The translations under genes and the position numbers were made by a program. The notes below the pieces were generated by a model. That model was not told the origin of the DNA and made no database searches. It was given only the letters and a program-made list of their open reading frames with translations. Shown piece by piece: positions 46,909-56,981 of a DNA stretch of 64,000 nt (the first letter of the stretch is position 1; each line of letters starts with the position of its first letter). Source of the DNA: Minisyncoccota bacterium (lineage in GTDB: Bacteria; Patescibacteriota; Minisyncoccia; Phycocordibacterales; CALRHW01); the NCBI GenBank assembly GCA_046350795.1, contig JAXLZT010000001.1:309780-373779 (forward strand), in the 5' to 3' direction.

Positions 46909-47550
46909 TTAACTTTTAATAATTCCGACAACCTTTCCGCTTAACTGGAAATCATCACCCTCATGAATAAATATCGGGAGATATTTATCAGTTGATTCCG
47001 CCTCAAGAACGATACGATTGTTCGCTTTGTCATTTTTGTATCGTTTGATAGTTGCCATTCCGTCTATGACAGCAACAACGATGTCTCCGTTCTTGTAGCT
47101 TTTGTATCCACTATCCACCAAAACAAAATCTCCGCTTTCAATAGTATTTTTGTCATCTACTTTTGCGAGATTCATACTATTACCGTCTGCTATAACAGAA
47201 TAGAGATCTTTCTTGTTGTATGGCAACATAGAAGATGAGACCTTGAGATACTGCTGAATATTTTGTTCGGCAAATATAGTCGCAGGACCACAGTTTGCAG
47301 ATCCAACAACAGGGAGTGAGAACACAGTATTAACGGTTGATTTAACAAGACCTCGCTTTACAGGTTTTATAACCCCTTGTTCAAGGTTCATTTGAATCAT
47401 TCCAGCCTTTTCAAGCTGTAATAAGTGATATTTCACTATCTGCGGTTTGTCAGGCACGCCAATTTTATCGGCTATTGTTCTAAGGCTGTATGATCCAATA
47501 TTAGGATCACTATCTATGAGAGCTAAAAGCTGTTTCTGTTTGTTGTGCAT
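46909..47550 (-). CDS. LexA/S24-family repressor
   Basis: N-terminal wHTH; 'LPVVGSANCG' cleavage-site region; 'GNSM' catalytic Ser; 'ATIKR' catalytic Lys. Confidence 0.88.
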   Translation of the reverse strand: MHNKQKQLLALIDSDPNIGSYSLRTIADKIGVPDKPQIVKYHLLQLEKAGMIQMNLEQGVIKPVKRGLVKSTVNTVFSLPVVGSANCGPATIFAEQNIQQYLKVSSSMLPYNKKDLYSVIADGNSMNLAKVDDKNTIESGDFVLVDSGYKSYKNGDIVVAVIDGMATIKRYKNDKANNRIVLEAESTDKYLPIFIHEGDDFQLSGKVVGIIKS

Positions 47551-47628
47551 ACACCTATTATAGCATACTTTTCAACTTACAACAATATAAATTTGACACT
47601 TTTGACGGCAATCTGATATACTTTCCCT

Positions 47629-48048
47629 ATGGAGCAAAGTTTGCAATTAAATCGAGTAACACAGCTTCCAAAGAAAGGTGAAAAAGTCATCGTTCTTGAG
47701 CTTACCGATATTCAATTGCACTCTAATGCAAGACCTACCCAATCGGTTGGTGGTGCAATACGACGCTCCATAGAAAATAATAAGCCTGGTCGTATCTTTT
47801 CTTCTCTTGAGAAGAAACAAGAATCAAGTGCTGATCAAAATTCAATAGAGTTCACCATGCCGTTTGCAATGAACGATCCTGTACTAAAGCAAACAATCCA
47901 TGACTACCAACAACAAGGTTATCGTGTATTGATTCAAATGCCGAAATCAGGACTACCGATTCATCTTGGCAAGGATGCTGTCGAATTTATGAATAGTACT
48001 CGAGGAAAGCGAATCTTGAGAAAGATAAAGAAAGACAAAGGAAATTAA
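47629..48048 (+). CDS. Hypothetical protein divergent from the repressor
   Basis: 139-aa ORF; TTGACA-N18-TATACT 6 nt before ATG. Confidence 0.6.
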   Translation: MEQSLQLNRVTQLPKKGEKVIVLELTDIQLHSNARPTQSVGGAIRRSIENNKPGRIFSSLEKKQESSADQNSIEFTMPFAMNDPVLKQTIHDYQQQGYRVLIQMPKSGLPIHLGKDAVEFMNSTRGKRILRKIKKDKGN

Positions 48049-48093
48049 ATAAAAACGCGTCGTAAAAGCGAATAGTGCAACGCCACAAGCCAT

Positions 48094-48165
48094 GCCTATT
48101 CCGCGCAAGAAGTAGTTTGAGGTTTTTCGGACCTCTACTTATTTCGTGTGTGGAATAGGCTTTTT
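48094..48165 (+). promoter_or_regulatory. Long hairpin plus T-run (terminator/attenuator) before the MTase-terminase operon
   Basis: GCCTATTCCGCGC/GTGTGGAATAGGC outer stem; inner AAGTAG..AGGT/ACCT-CTACTT; then TTTTT. Confidence 0.6.
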
Positions 48166-48207
48166 CTATATCCATACATTTTATTAAAGATTAATTAATA
48201 AAATGCT

Positions 48208-49482
48208 ATGAAAAAACTTTCATGGACTACAGGAGTTCGAGAGGTCAAAGACCTACTCCCTTGGCAAGAAAACCCAAGAAAAATCTCAAAGCAAGCGTTA
48301 GATAAGTTGAAAGAAAAGATCACACAAAACGGCTTCCACAGCGTGATCGTGATTGATACCGACAATACGATTCTGTCAGGGAATCAAAGAAAGGTTGCAC
48401 TCATGGAGCTTGGTATCAATACCGTAGACGTAATGATCCCTAGTCGTAAGCTAAGTGATGCAGAACGACGAAGAATCGGTATTGAAAGCAATATCAATGA
48501 CGGTGAATGGAATTTCGAGAAATTGAAGTCATTTGATCTGGAACTACTCCAATTTGCAGGATTCGATGAAAAAGAATTAGTGAAGTTCTGGGACGAAGAA
48601 AAAGACACTAAAGACGACAAGTTCGATGTAGACAAGGAACTCAAGAAAATTAAGACGCCTCAAACAAAGTTGGGTGATCTTATTATCATGGGTAATCATA
48701 AGTTGCTTTGCTCAAGTTCTACTGATATCACTGCGGTTAAAAAACTATTCGGTGATGATAGAGCTACTGCTATCTACAGTGATCCACCTTTTAATATTGG
48801 GCTTTCATATGACAAAGGCGTTGGTAATAAATCAAACTATGGTGGTTCATTTGATGATAATCAATCACCAGAAGCATACAAGGAATTTATTCGCCAAGTT
48901 CTCACATCATCACTCGCCATATCCACCAAAGATACACATGTTGCATTTTGGTGTGATGAAGCGTGGGTGTGGGTTTTTCAAACCTTATATATGGAACTGG
49001 GCGTAAAGAATCGTAGGCTAAATATTTGGATCAAGAACAACTCCTCGCCTATACCCACCGTCGCATTTAACAAGTGTGCGGAGTATTGCGTGTACGGCAC
49101 AAAAGGATCTCCGTATCTGTCTGATTTAGTCAAAAACCTTAACGAGATTCAAAACAAGAATTGCACAACTGGAAATCAACTTCTTGAAGATATCTCGAAC
49201 ATTTGGGCAACTAAACGACTGCCGTCAAACCAAATGGAGCACCCTACAAGCAAAAATCCTGAACTACACCACAAGTTCATCATGCGATGCACAAAGCCAG
49301 GAGACATAATCTTCGATGCCTTTTCTGGTTCTGCTAGCACCATGATCTGTGCGGAGCAACTTGATCGCAAAGTCTACTCACTTGAAATTGAACCCGTGTT
49401 CTGTGACTTGGCAATTCGCAGATACGAAAAATTGACTGGTCGGAAAGCAAAAGTAATCAAGAACTTCTATGAAAAAGAATAA
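48208..49482 (+). CDS. ParB-like N-terminal domain + N4/N6 DNA methyltransferase (phage-type)
   Basis: 'LLPWQENPRKIS', 'ILSGNQR', 'SDPPF', 'HPTSK', 'FDAFSGSAST'. Confidence 0.88.
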   Translation: MKKLSWTTGVREVKDLLPWQENPRKISKQALDKLKEKITQNGFHSVIVIDTDNTILSGNQRKVALMELGINTVDVMIPSRKLSDAERRRIGIESNINDGEWNFEKLKSFDLELLQFAGFDEKELVKFWDEEKDTKDDKFDVDKELKKIKTPQTKLGDLIIMGNHKLLCSSSTDITAVKKLFGDDRATAIYSDPPFNIGLSYDKGVGNKSNYGGSFDDNQSPEAYKEFIRQVLTSSLAISTKDTHVAFWCDEAWVWVFQTLYMELGVKNRRLNIWIKNNSSPIPTVAFNKCAEYCVYGTKGSPYLSDLVKNLNEIQNKNCTTGNQLLEDISNIWATKRLPSNQMEHPTSKNPELHHKFIMRCTKPGDIIFDAFSGSASTMICAEQLDRKVYSLEIEPVFCDLAIRRYEKLTGRKAKVIKNFYEKE

Positions 49483-49876
49483 ATTTCAGGATCAGTTTCT
49501 TGATGAACTACGAAAAGTTCCGATCGTTCAAGTTGCTTGTGAGAAAACAGGATTGTCTCGCAATAGTGTTTATCGTTGGAGAAAAGATGATAAAGCATTT
49601 CTCAAGAAGATGGACGATGCACTTGCCGATGGTGTCGCATTGGTAAACGACATGAGTGAAAGCCAACTACTCACACTCATTAAAGAGAAAAATTATCCTG
49701 CAATCAGTTTCTGGCTTAAACATCGCAATGATAATTATAAAAACAAGCTAGAGATCACCACTAAAGAAGATTCTGAACAACTTACTCCTTCACAAGCAAA
49801 AATCGTGAAGCAGGCACTTAAGCTCGCCAATATAACAAAATCGAAATCGATTAAAAACATTAACTCTAAAAAGTAA
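49469..49876 (+). CDS. Terminase small-subunit-like HTH protein
   Basis: 'IVQVACEKTGLSRNSVYRWRKDD', 'AISFWLK'; directly upstream of terL. Confidence 0.7.
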   Translation: MKKNKFQDQFLDELRKVPIVQVACEKTGLSRNSVYRWRKDDKAFLKKMDDALADGVALVNDMSESQLLTLIKEKNYPAISFWLKHRNDNYKNKLEITTKEDSEQLTPSQAKIVKQALKLANITKSKSIKNINSKK

Positions 49877-49877
49877 C

Positions 49878-51374
49878 ATGACTAAAATAATTCCAAATGC
49901 ATTGGTGAATACCATGCTAAAAGATCGTTCCGTGCGAACATCTATTACAAAAGACAGTTTCCTGTATTTCTTCCACTTCTACTACGCCCACTATGTAAAA
50001 TACGAAACCGCTGACTTTCAGAAAGAGATTATTCATAATCTCGAAAAAAGCTCGATTGAGAATATGTACGTTGTCGCATTTCGTGGATCAGGAAAATCTA
50101 CAATGGTGACGACCGCATATCCTATCTGGGCAATACTTGGAAAACAACAAAAGAAGTTTTGTATTATCTTTTGCCAAACTCGAGCACAAGCAAAACAGCA
50201 TATGATGAACATTCGTACTGAGCTTGAGGGTAACGATGTTCTTAAAAAGGATCTCGGACCATTCCAAGAAGAAAGCGATGAGTGGGGTTCGTTCTCATTA
50301 GTATTCAAAAAGCACGGAGCAAGAATCACCGTAGCTTCTGCCGAGCAAAGTATCCGTGGCATTCGTCACAACGAACACCGCCCAGACTTAATAATCTGTG
50401 ATGACGTTGAGGACGTGCAATCGACCAAAACCCGTGAGGGACGAGATAAAACATACCATTGGCTTCGAGGTGAAGTTATCCCTGCTGGCGATAGAAACAC
50501 CCGACTAATTATTGTTGGAAACTTACTCCATGAAGATTCACTCTTGATGCGTATTAAAGACGAAATCGCCAAAGGTAAGGCAAAAGGAATATTCAAGGAG
50601 TACCCGCTTATAGATAATCATGGTGTGTGCTTATGGTCAGGTAAATACAAAAGCGAGAAAGATCTTGAGGATGAAAAGTTGAAAGTTTCTAGTGATATAT
50701 CATGGCAACGAGAATATCTATTGCGTATTATTCCAGACGATGATCAGGTTATTTATCCTGAATGGATCAACTACTACGACGAATTGCCAGGCGAAAAGCA
50801 CCGGGGATTCAGAGGCACTTATGCGGGTGTCGATCTTGCGATTTCAGCTTCAGAAACTGCTGATGACACTGCTGTTGTATTTGCTCATATATATTCACGC
50901 CGTGAGAAAATGCGAATATACATATTGCCTAATCCTATCGCAAAGAAACTTAATTTTCCTGCACAGGTAGATCTCATGAAAGATATTCGTAGTACGATGC
51001 TCATAAAAAGTACGGACGAGTTATTTGTAGAAAGCGTGGCGTACCAAGAAGCACTTCCGCAAATGCTCGAACACCAAGGTGTTAAAGCGACAGCAATCAA
51101 ACCTAAAGGAGATAAAAGAACACGACTTGCTCTTACTTCGACCGCAATAAAATCATCAAAGATCTTATTTCCAAGACAAGGATGCGAGAGACTTATTGAG
51201 CAACTTGTAGGGTTTGGAGTAGAAAAGCATGACGACCTTGCCGATGCATTTTCGTTGCTTATAAACTCAACCATGGATAAGCATGCTAAAGATTCAACAT
51301 GGCTTATGTACTGGATGGGAGATGAAGAACCTTTGTACTATAGAGATTACGTTGATATGGACATAAAAAAGTAG
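49878..51374 (+). CDS. terL: Phage terminase large subunit
   Basis: Walker A 'AFRGSGKST', 'IRG...RPDLIICDDVED', nuclease 'GVDLA', 'VESVAYQ', 'HDDLADAF'. Confidence 0.88.
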   Translation: MTKIIPNALVNTMLKDRSVRTSITKDSFLYFFHFYYAHYVKYETADFQKEIIHNLEKSSIENMYVVAFRGSGKSTMVTTAYPIWAILGKQQKKFCIIFCQTRAQAKQHMMNIRTELEGNDVLKKDLGPFQEESDEWGSFSLVFKKHGARITVASAEQSIRGIRHNEHRPDLIICDDVEDVQSTKTREGRDKTYHWLRGEVIPAGDRNTRLIIVGNLLHEDSLLMRIKDEIAKGKAKGIFKEYPLIDNHGVCLWSGKYKSEKDLEDEKLKVSSDISWQREYLLRIIPDDDQVIYPEWINYYDELPGEKHRGFRGTYAGVDLAISASETADDTAVVFAHIYSRREKMRIYILPNPIAKKLNFPAQVDLMKDIRSTMLIKSTDELFVESVAYQEALPQMLEHQGVKATAIKPKGDKRTRLALTSTAIKSSKILFPRQGCERLIEQLVGFGVEKHDDLADAFSLLINSTMDKHAKDSTWLMYWMGDEEPLYYRDYVDMDIKK

Positions 51375-51446
51375 TCGCGAGTATGCGACGTATTTCTAGT
51401 TCTGCATAGTCTATGCACCACCGACTGGTCTGTCATTAATTAATAT

Positions 51447-52730
51447 ATGACAGAAGTCGAACAAAACCAGATGAAATATTGCTTGTACGCTCGTAAATCA
51501 ACCGAAGCAGAAGAAAAACAAGCACTTTCTATTGATTCTCAAATCAAAGAAATGAAACAGATTGCCGAGCGTGAAAATCTAACCATAGTTGAGATCCGTA
51601 AAGAATCACATAGCGCAAAGGAATCTGGACAAAGACCTGTATTTGAAGAGATTGTAAAAGATATCGATACGGGAATATTCAATGGAATCATTACATGGGC
51701 ACCAGATAGACTTTCTCGTAATGCAGGTGATCTTGGAAAGCTTGTAGACAGAATGGATCAAAGGAAACTGATTCAGATCAAAACTTTTGGTCAGACTTTT
51801 TCTAATTCACCAAGTGACAAGTTCCTGCTGATGATTCTTTGTAGTCAGGCAAAGCTTGAAAACGACAACAAAAGTATCAATGTAAAGCGTGGCATGAGAG
51901 CTAGGTGCGAAATGGGATTATGGCCAGTACAACCACCAACGGGATATAGAAAGCCTAATCAACGATTGGCTAAGTGTGAGGTAGAAATTGATCCAGAACG
52001 AGCCGATACTATACGACAAATATTTGAGAAGATTAGTTATGAAAAATGGAGTGTATCAAAAGTACATGCATGGTTACGATATGATCTTGATTTCAAAACT
52101 CACAGAGGTTTTCATTTAAGTCTTGGAAATGTATTCAAGATTATAAACAATACTTTCTACTACGGTCGCTTTGAGTTTCCTCAAGGATCAGGTATTTGGT
52201 ATGAGGGAAAACATAAACCTATTATCACAAAAGAGTTGTTTGATGAGACAAGAAATTCTATCAAATCGCAGACGATAAAATCACAAGGCAAGGAATTTGC
52301 GTTTACAAGAATCATGAAATGCGGAGCTTGTGGATCTGGTATTACTGCCGATGAGAAGTTCAAGAAGTTACTGAATGGCGGAGTGAACCGACATGTATAT
52401 TATCGATGCACAAAAGCAAAAGACAGGAATTGTAAAAATCCTGCCCTGAATGAAACTGAACTCATTGAATCACTACTCGATATGGTTGATACCTTGAACA
52501 TAAATAAGGTAAAACTTACTGCAAAGCTTGATGTTGAAATTCAAAAGTTTAAGAAACTACAAGCAATGTTTTTGGGCAAAAAGAAGACTGAGAAAATAGA
52601 GCCTATTGATCTTAAGGACTATACAAAATTTGTACTAAAAGAAGGATCTCCGTTAGAGCAGAGATCTATCTTGGAATGTATCAGTAGTGAATTGGTCTTG
52701 AAGAATAAGAAAATAGTTGCTAGCAACTAA
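51447..52730 (+). CDS. Large serine recombinase (resolvase + recombinase + Zn ribbon)
   Basis: 'YARKST' catalytic Ser, 'PDRLSRN', 'CGACG...YYRC...C'. Confidence 0.93.
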   Translation: MTEVEQNQMKYCLYARKSTEAEEKQALSIDSQIKEMKQIAERENLTIVEIRKESHSAKESGQRPVFEEIVKDIDTGIFNGIITWAPDRLSRNAGDLGKLVDRMDQRKLIQIKTFGQTFSNSPSDKFLLMILCSQAKLENDNKSINVKRGMRARCEMGLWPVQPPTGYRKPNQRLAKCEVEIDPERADTIRQIFEKISYEKWSVSKVHAWLRYDLDFKTHRGFHLSLGNVFKIINNTFYYGRFEFPQGSGIWYEGKHKPIITKELFDETRNSIKSQTIKSQGKEFAFTRIMKCGACGSGITADEKFKKLLNGGVNRHVYYRCTKAKDRNCKNPALNETELIESLLDMVDTLNINKVKLTAKLDVEIQKFKKLQAMFLGKKKTEKIEPIDLKDYTKFVLKEGSPLEQRSILECISSELVLKNKKIVASN

Positions 52731-52734
52731 GAAA

Positions 52735-53916
52735 TCAAGACTTTTTTCCAGCATGTTCAACAATGAATTTTGCTCGTTCATAAAGCTCATCATAAGTTAA
52801 AATCTCAATGTTTTTGGAGTCACGTCGAAACAATTCAAATGTTTTTGCTTTTATTTGGTTTTCTTTATCAGTACCATCAAATTGTTTTGTTGATCCGATA
52901 ACTAAGATACTCTTGGGATCAAATGCTTTTTGCTTAATTAATTCTCCTTTATCATTATAGTTTCCATTTACATTTGTTTCTGCTGTAATTTGCCAACTAG
53001 CTTTTTGCTCTAGTATTTGAGACAAGCCTGAAACTAGATCATCCGAGAGTGTCCACGAATTTGAACGATTCTTATCTTTACCAAATAAAGGGGTATCGTG
53101 CTTTTTAAGTTCAACTAGTACTGTAAATTTACTACACCCTAAAAGGAAGTCGTTAATAACAGATTCTTTTCCTGATACGTCTGTACCTGATACGTGTGCT
53201 TCTTTTTGTAAAATTCCAAGGAATCGATAATCTAGTCCATATCCAAAAATCCAATCATTTATATTAAAGAAATGTTGCCAGACAGATTCATGTCTCGTAT
53301 CTGTTATATTATTCTCGGAAATGTAGGTTGCAAAATAGCCCTCTTGATTTAAAAGATTATTAAAAATTTCTAGTTGCTTCTTACGGTATCCTATATTTAC
53401 AATATCAGTTGAAGTTATAATACCACTAGCTAAAACCTCCTCGATAATCTCTTGACCGTCCTTTCTCAATAATAGTGTTTTAATTTTTTTCTTTGTTTCA
53501 TCGTCTATATTGGGGAGATTATCATCAGCAAGCGTAATTCTTCTTTCATTCACGTCGCCAAGGTTTAATTCTGAAAGGAGTTGTAGATATCCAATGATCT
53601 GCTTGAAAAATGGAAAAGAGAAGACGATTTGTTCATCTTGTTCAACATAACCTTTGTTTTTGTAAAACTTAAATCGCTTAAAAGAAACATTGGTAATCTC
53701 ATTATTTTGTTTAATAAATGTAAAAGTAGTTTTAATTTTATTCCTTATGACAGGATAAGGATGTTCTACTTCAATAGCATCTGGTACACCATTTTCATCT
53801 CTTGAGACAATGGTAAAATATTTCCCAGCTTCATTTTTGAATTTATGGGTATATAGTGTGTCGGTTTTGTAATTATCGACTATTTTTTCTTCTGAATTTT
53901 CAATTTCTAGTCCCAT
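52735..53916 (-). CDS. sduA: Shedu anti-phage nuclease (DUF4263, PD-(D/E)xK)
   Basis: 'ESVWQHFF...WIFG', 'DFLL', 'VELK', 'SQILEQK', 'FELFRR...IEILTYDEL'. Confidence 0.82.
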   Translation of the reverse strand: MGLEIENSEEKIVDNYKTDTLYTHKFKNEAGKYFTIVSRDENGVPDAIEVEHPYPVIRNKIKTTFTFIKQNNEITNVSFKRFKFYKNKGYVEQDEQIVFSFPFFKQIIGYLQLLSELNLGDVNERRITLADDNLPNIDDETKKKIKTLLLRKDGQEIIEEVLASGIITSTDIVNIGYRKKQLEIFNNLLNQEGYFATYISENNITDTRHESVWQHFFNINDWIFGYGLDYRFLGILQKEAHVSGTDVSGKESVINDFLLGCSKFTVLVELKKHDTPLFGKDKNRSNSWTLSDDLVSGLSQILEQKASWQITAETNVNGNYNDKGELIKQKAFDPKSILVIGSTKQFDGTDKENQIKAKTFELFRRDSKNIEILTYDELYERAKFIVEHAGKKS

Positions 53917-53921
53917 ATAAT

Positions 53922-56900
53922 TTATTCCTTAAACTTACCACCTGAAATATCAAAGAATCTTTCAAAGAAGTTTGTGAATTTAGTTAATACGCTCTCACGT
54001 TTTTTGGTTCGATCACCACTTGGAGAAAAGCGAGATACTGGGGGTAGTACTTTTGTTATTGCGGTTCCTGTTGTTGCGACACTTCCGTCACGGAAAGCAT
54101 TTTGTATGAAAGTATATGTTGCGTCATGATCGAGATTCTCACTAGCAATAATCTTTTCTAATTCCTCAATTTTCTTCTCTTCAACAAACTTTTTCCAGTC
54201 ATCATCAACAGCAGAGTGTACATCTAGAGAAGTAATGAATTGATTGATTAGATCTTTCTTATTTCTTAACTCAACACTAGAATCAATAGCTTTATTAATA
54301 TCAATTAGTAGTTCTCGATTATTTATATGATCCTCGTGATATCTCCTGATTAGTCCCAACACATAATCAATATTGATTTCAATTTGTTTTATAAGCTCCA
54401 TTTCAAAGACTACATCTTCATTGATGTTTTCTTTATCTTCTTCGATTGTCTTTCGGAACTCATTGTACAAATCAATGTACATACTGTGATAATCTTGAAC
54501 ATCTCGATCAGTCAAAATTTCATTACCTGCAAACTCGTCAAAAGTTGCAAGAATGTTACGAACACGCAATACCGCACCATACAGCTTAATAAATTCCTTT
54601 TGTTGTTGTTCACTAATGATTCGTTCACCTACAGGGAACTTCTCCAAAAGTTCATCTACTAAACTCCTATATCCTCTGATTTCTTTGTCGCCATCTTTGT
54701 AACCGTTGTAATAATCCGCATATGCTTTCAAAAGCACAACACCACAAGCCTCTTTGTCACCAAAGAGAGCAATTGATTCATTTGTGGCTTTTTCAAGATT
54801 TCGGAAACAAACAATATTTCCAAAAGTCTTTACGCTATTCAAAATACGGTTAGTTCTTGAATATGCTTGAAGCAAACCATGTAGACGGAGATTTTTATCT
54901 ACCCAAAGAGTATTGAGGGTAGTCGCATCAAATCCAGTTAAGAACATGTTCACTACGATAAGAATATCGATTTCTCTGTCTTTTACACGCTGACTAACAT
55001 CCTTATAATAGTTTTGAAATTTATCAGAAGAAGTGTCATAAGACGTGCCAAACATCGCATTGTAGTCCTTAATTGCATTATCTAGAAAATCCCTCGAACT
55101 AACATCAAGACCGCTCGTATCTTCAGAATTTTCATCGATCATTCCGTCAGCATCCTCGTCATTAACCCCAAAACTGAAAATGGTTGCGATTTTAAGTTGC
55201 TTATCACTTGGCACATCAGCTAATTGCTTCTTAAACTCCATGTAATACTTTTTAGCAACATCAATTGATGAAACTGCAAAGATAGAGTTAAATCCTGCCA
55301 ACCGTCGATCCTTTAATTTGTAGAAACTATTACGCTTTGTCTTTTGATCAAAATGTTCACGTATGTAGCCAACAATGTTTTCCAAGCGTTCAGGAGAAGC
55401 AAGAACAGCCTCACGATCAATGTCGCTCACTTTCTTGTCCTCAATATTTTCAGCTTCTTTTACAGTTGAAACGTAATCAACCTTAAATGGTAGTACGTTT
55501 TTATCTGCAATCGCATCAACGATTGTATAAGTGTGTAATTTTTCACCAAAAGCTTGCTCAGTAGTTTTTAGATCGGGTCGTCCTCCAGAAGAAGCATTCA
55601 TCGCAAAAATCGGTGTACCAGTAAAGCCAAAAAGATGATAGTTCTTAAATGTCTTTGTAATCGCAGCATGCATATCACCAAACTGTGATCGGTGACATTC
55701 ATCGAATATCAAAACTACATGATCATCAAAAATTTCGTGATTACCATTCCGACCAATAAAACGATCTAGTTTTTGAATGGTCGTGATAATAATCCGTGCA
55801 TTTGGGTTTTCAAGTTGTTTCTTCAGTAATGCTGTTGAGGTGTTACTATTCGCCGCACCTTTTTCAAACTTGTCATATTCACGCATTGTTTGATAATCCA
55901 AATCTTTACGATCCACAACAAAAACAACCTTATCTACATATGACAACTTACTTGCAAGCTGTGCTGTTTTAAAGCTAGTAAGTGTTTTTCCTGACCCTGT
56001 TGTATGCCAGATGTAACCACCAGCCTCTACAGTGCCGAGTTTTTTGTAGTTAGTACTAACCTCAATCCTGCTTAGAATTCTTTCTGTTGCAACAATCTGA
56101 TATGGTCGCATTACCAAGAGTTGTTTATCAGTAGTGAAAACGCAGTACCGAGTGAGAATGTTTAAAAGCGTGTGTTTTGCAAAAAAAGTTTTTGTAAAAT
56201 CCATCAAATCAGTAATGGGTCGGTTTGTAGCATCTGCCCACCAACTTGTGAATTCGAAACTGTTACTTGTACGTTTTCCTTTCTTTACAGTTCCTTCATT
56301 TGATTCTCTTATGTGTTGTCTTCGTACAGTGTTACCGTAATACTTTGTATGTGTACCGTTTGAAATTATAAATAGTTGTACATATTCAAAAAGACCAGAA
56401 GAAGCCCAGAAGCTTTCTCTTTGATAACGATTGATCTGATTAAAAGCTTCTTGAATGGCAACACCACGGCGTTTCAACTCAATATGAACAAGAGGTAGAC
56501 CATTAACAAGAACAGTTATGTCATATCGGTTTGATCTTTTTCCGTCTTCAGTAGCGTACTGGTTAATAACTTGAAGACTGTTGTTATGAATATTTTTCTT
56601 GTCTATCAAATCAATATTCTTGAAAGTGCCGTCATCTCGCTTTAGTACTTTTGTATTGTCTTCTTGAATAGTTGTCGTTTTATCTTCAATACTTTGATTT
56701 GGATTTGCTAGTTCATTTACAAAAAATCTTTCCCATTCAAGGTCTGTAAATTCAAAATTATTTAGTTTTTCTAGCTGTTTACGTAAGTTAACAACCAAAG
56801 TTGCTTCAGATGTAATCGGGAGATATTCGTATGCCTGTGTTTCTAATTGCTTTACAAGTGCACGTTCAAGTTCCGCCTCACTTTGATAGTGAGCCACTCT

Positions 56901-56981
56901 CTTACCGTCAGAAACATATTCTGCAACTACAGTACTTTGCGAATTTTCCGCAACTAAATTGTATTTATTGTTAATTGACAT
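53922..56981 (-). CDS. hsdR: Type I restriction endonuclease R subunit
   Basis: 'NGLPLVHIELK', 'WHTTGSGKT', 'DECHRSQ', 'FTGTP', 'MFLTGFD', 'QAYSRTNR'. Confidence 0.96.
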   Translation of the reverse strand: MSINNKYNLVAENSQSTVVAEYVSDGKRVAHYQSEAELERALVKQLETQAYEYLPITSEATLVVNLRKQLEKLNNFEFTDLEWERFFVNELANPNQSIEDKTTTIQEDNTKVLKRDDGTFKNIDLIDKKNIHNNSLQVINQYATEDGKRSNRYDITVLVNGLPLVHIELKRRGVAIQEAFNQINRYQRESFWASSGLFEYVQLFIISNGTHTKYYGNTVRRQHIRESNEGTVKKGKRTSNSFEFTSWWADATNRPITDLMDFTKTFFAKHTLLNILTRYCVFTTDKQLLVMRPYQIVATERILSRIEVSTNYKKLGTVEAGGYIWHTTGSGKTLTSFKTAQLASKLSYVDKVVFVVDRKDLDYQTMREYDKFEKGAANSNTSTALLKKQLENPNARIIITTIQKLDRFIGRNGNHEIFDDHVVLIFDECHRSQFGDMHAAITKTFKNYHLFGFTGTPIFAMNASSGGRPDLKTTEQAFGEKLHTYTIVDAIADKNVLPFKVDYVSTVKEAENIEDKKVSDIDREAVLASPERLENIVGYIREHFDQKTKRNSFYKLKDRRLAGFNSIFAVSSIDVAKKYYMEFKKQLADVPSDKQLKIATIFSFGVNDEDADGMIDENSEDTSGLDVSSRDFLDNAIKDYNAMFGTSYDTSSDKFQNYYKDVSQRVKDREIDILIVVNMFLTGFDATTLNTLWVDKNLRLHGLLQAYSRTNRILNSVKTFGNIVCFRNLEKATNESIALFGDKEACGVVLLKAYADYYNGYKDGDKEIRGYRSLVDELLEKFPVGERIISEQQQKEFIKLYGAVLRVRNILATFDEFAGNEILTDRDVQDYHSMYIDLYNEFRKTIEEDKENINEDVVFEMELIKQIEINIDYVLGLIRRYHEDHINNRELLIDINKAIDSSVELRNKKDLINQFITSLDVHSAVDDDWKKFVEEKKIEELEKIIASENLDHDATYTFIQNAFRDGSVATTGTAITKVLPPVSRFSPSGDRTKKRESVLTKFTNFFERFFDISGGKFKE

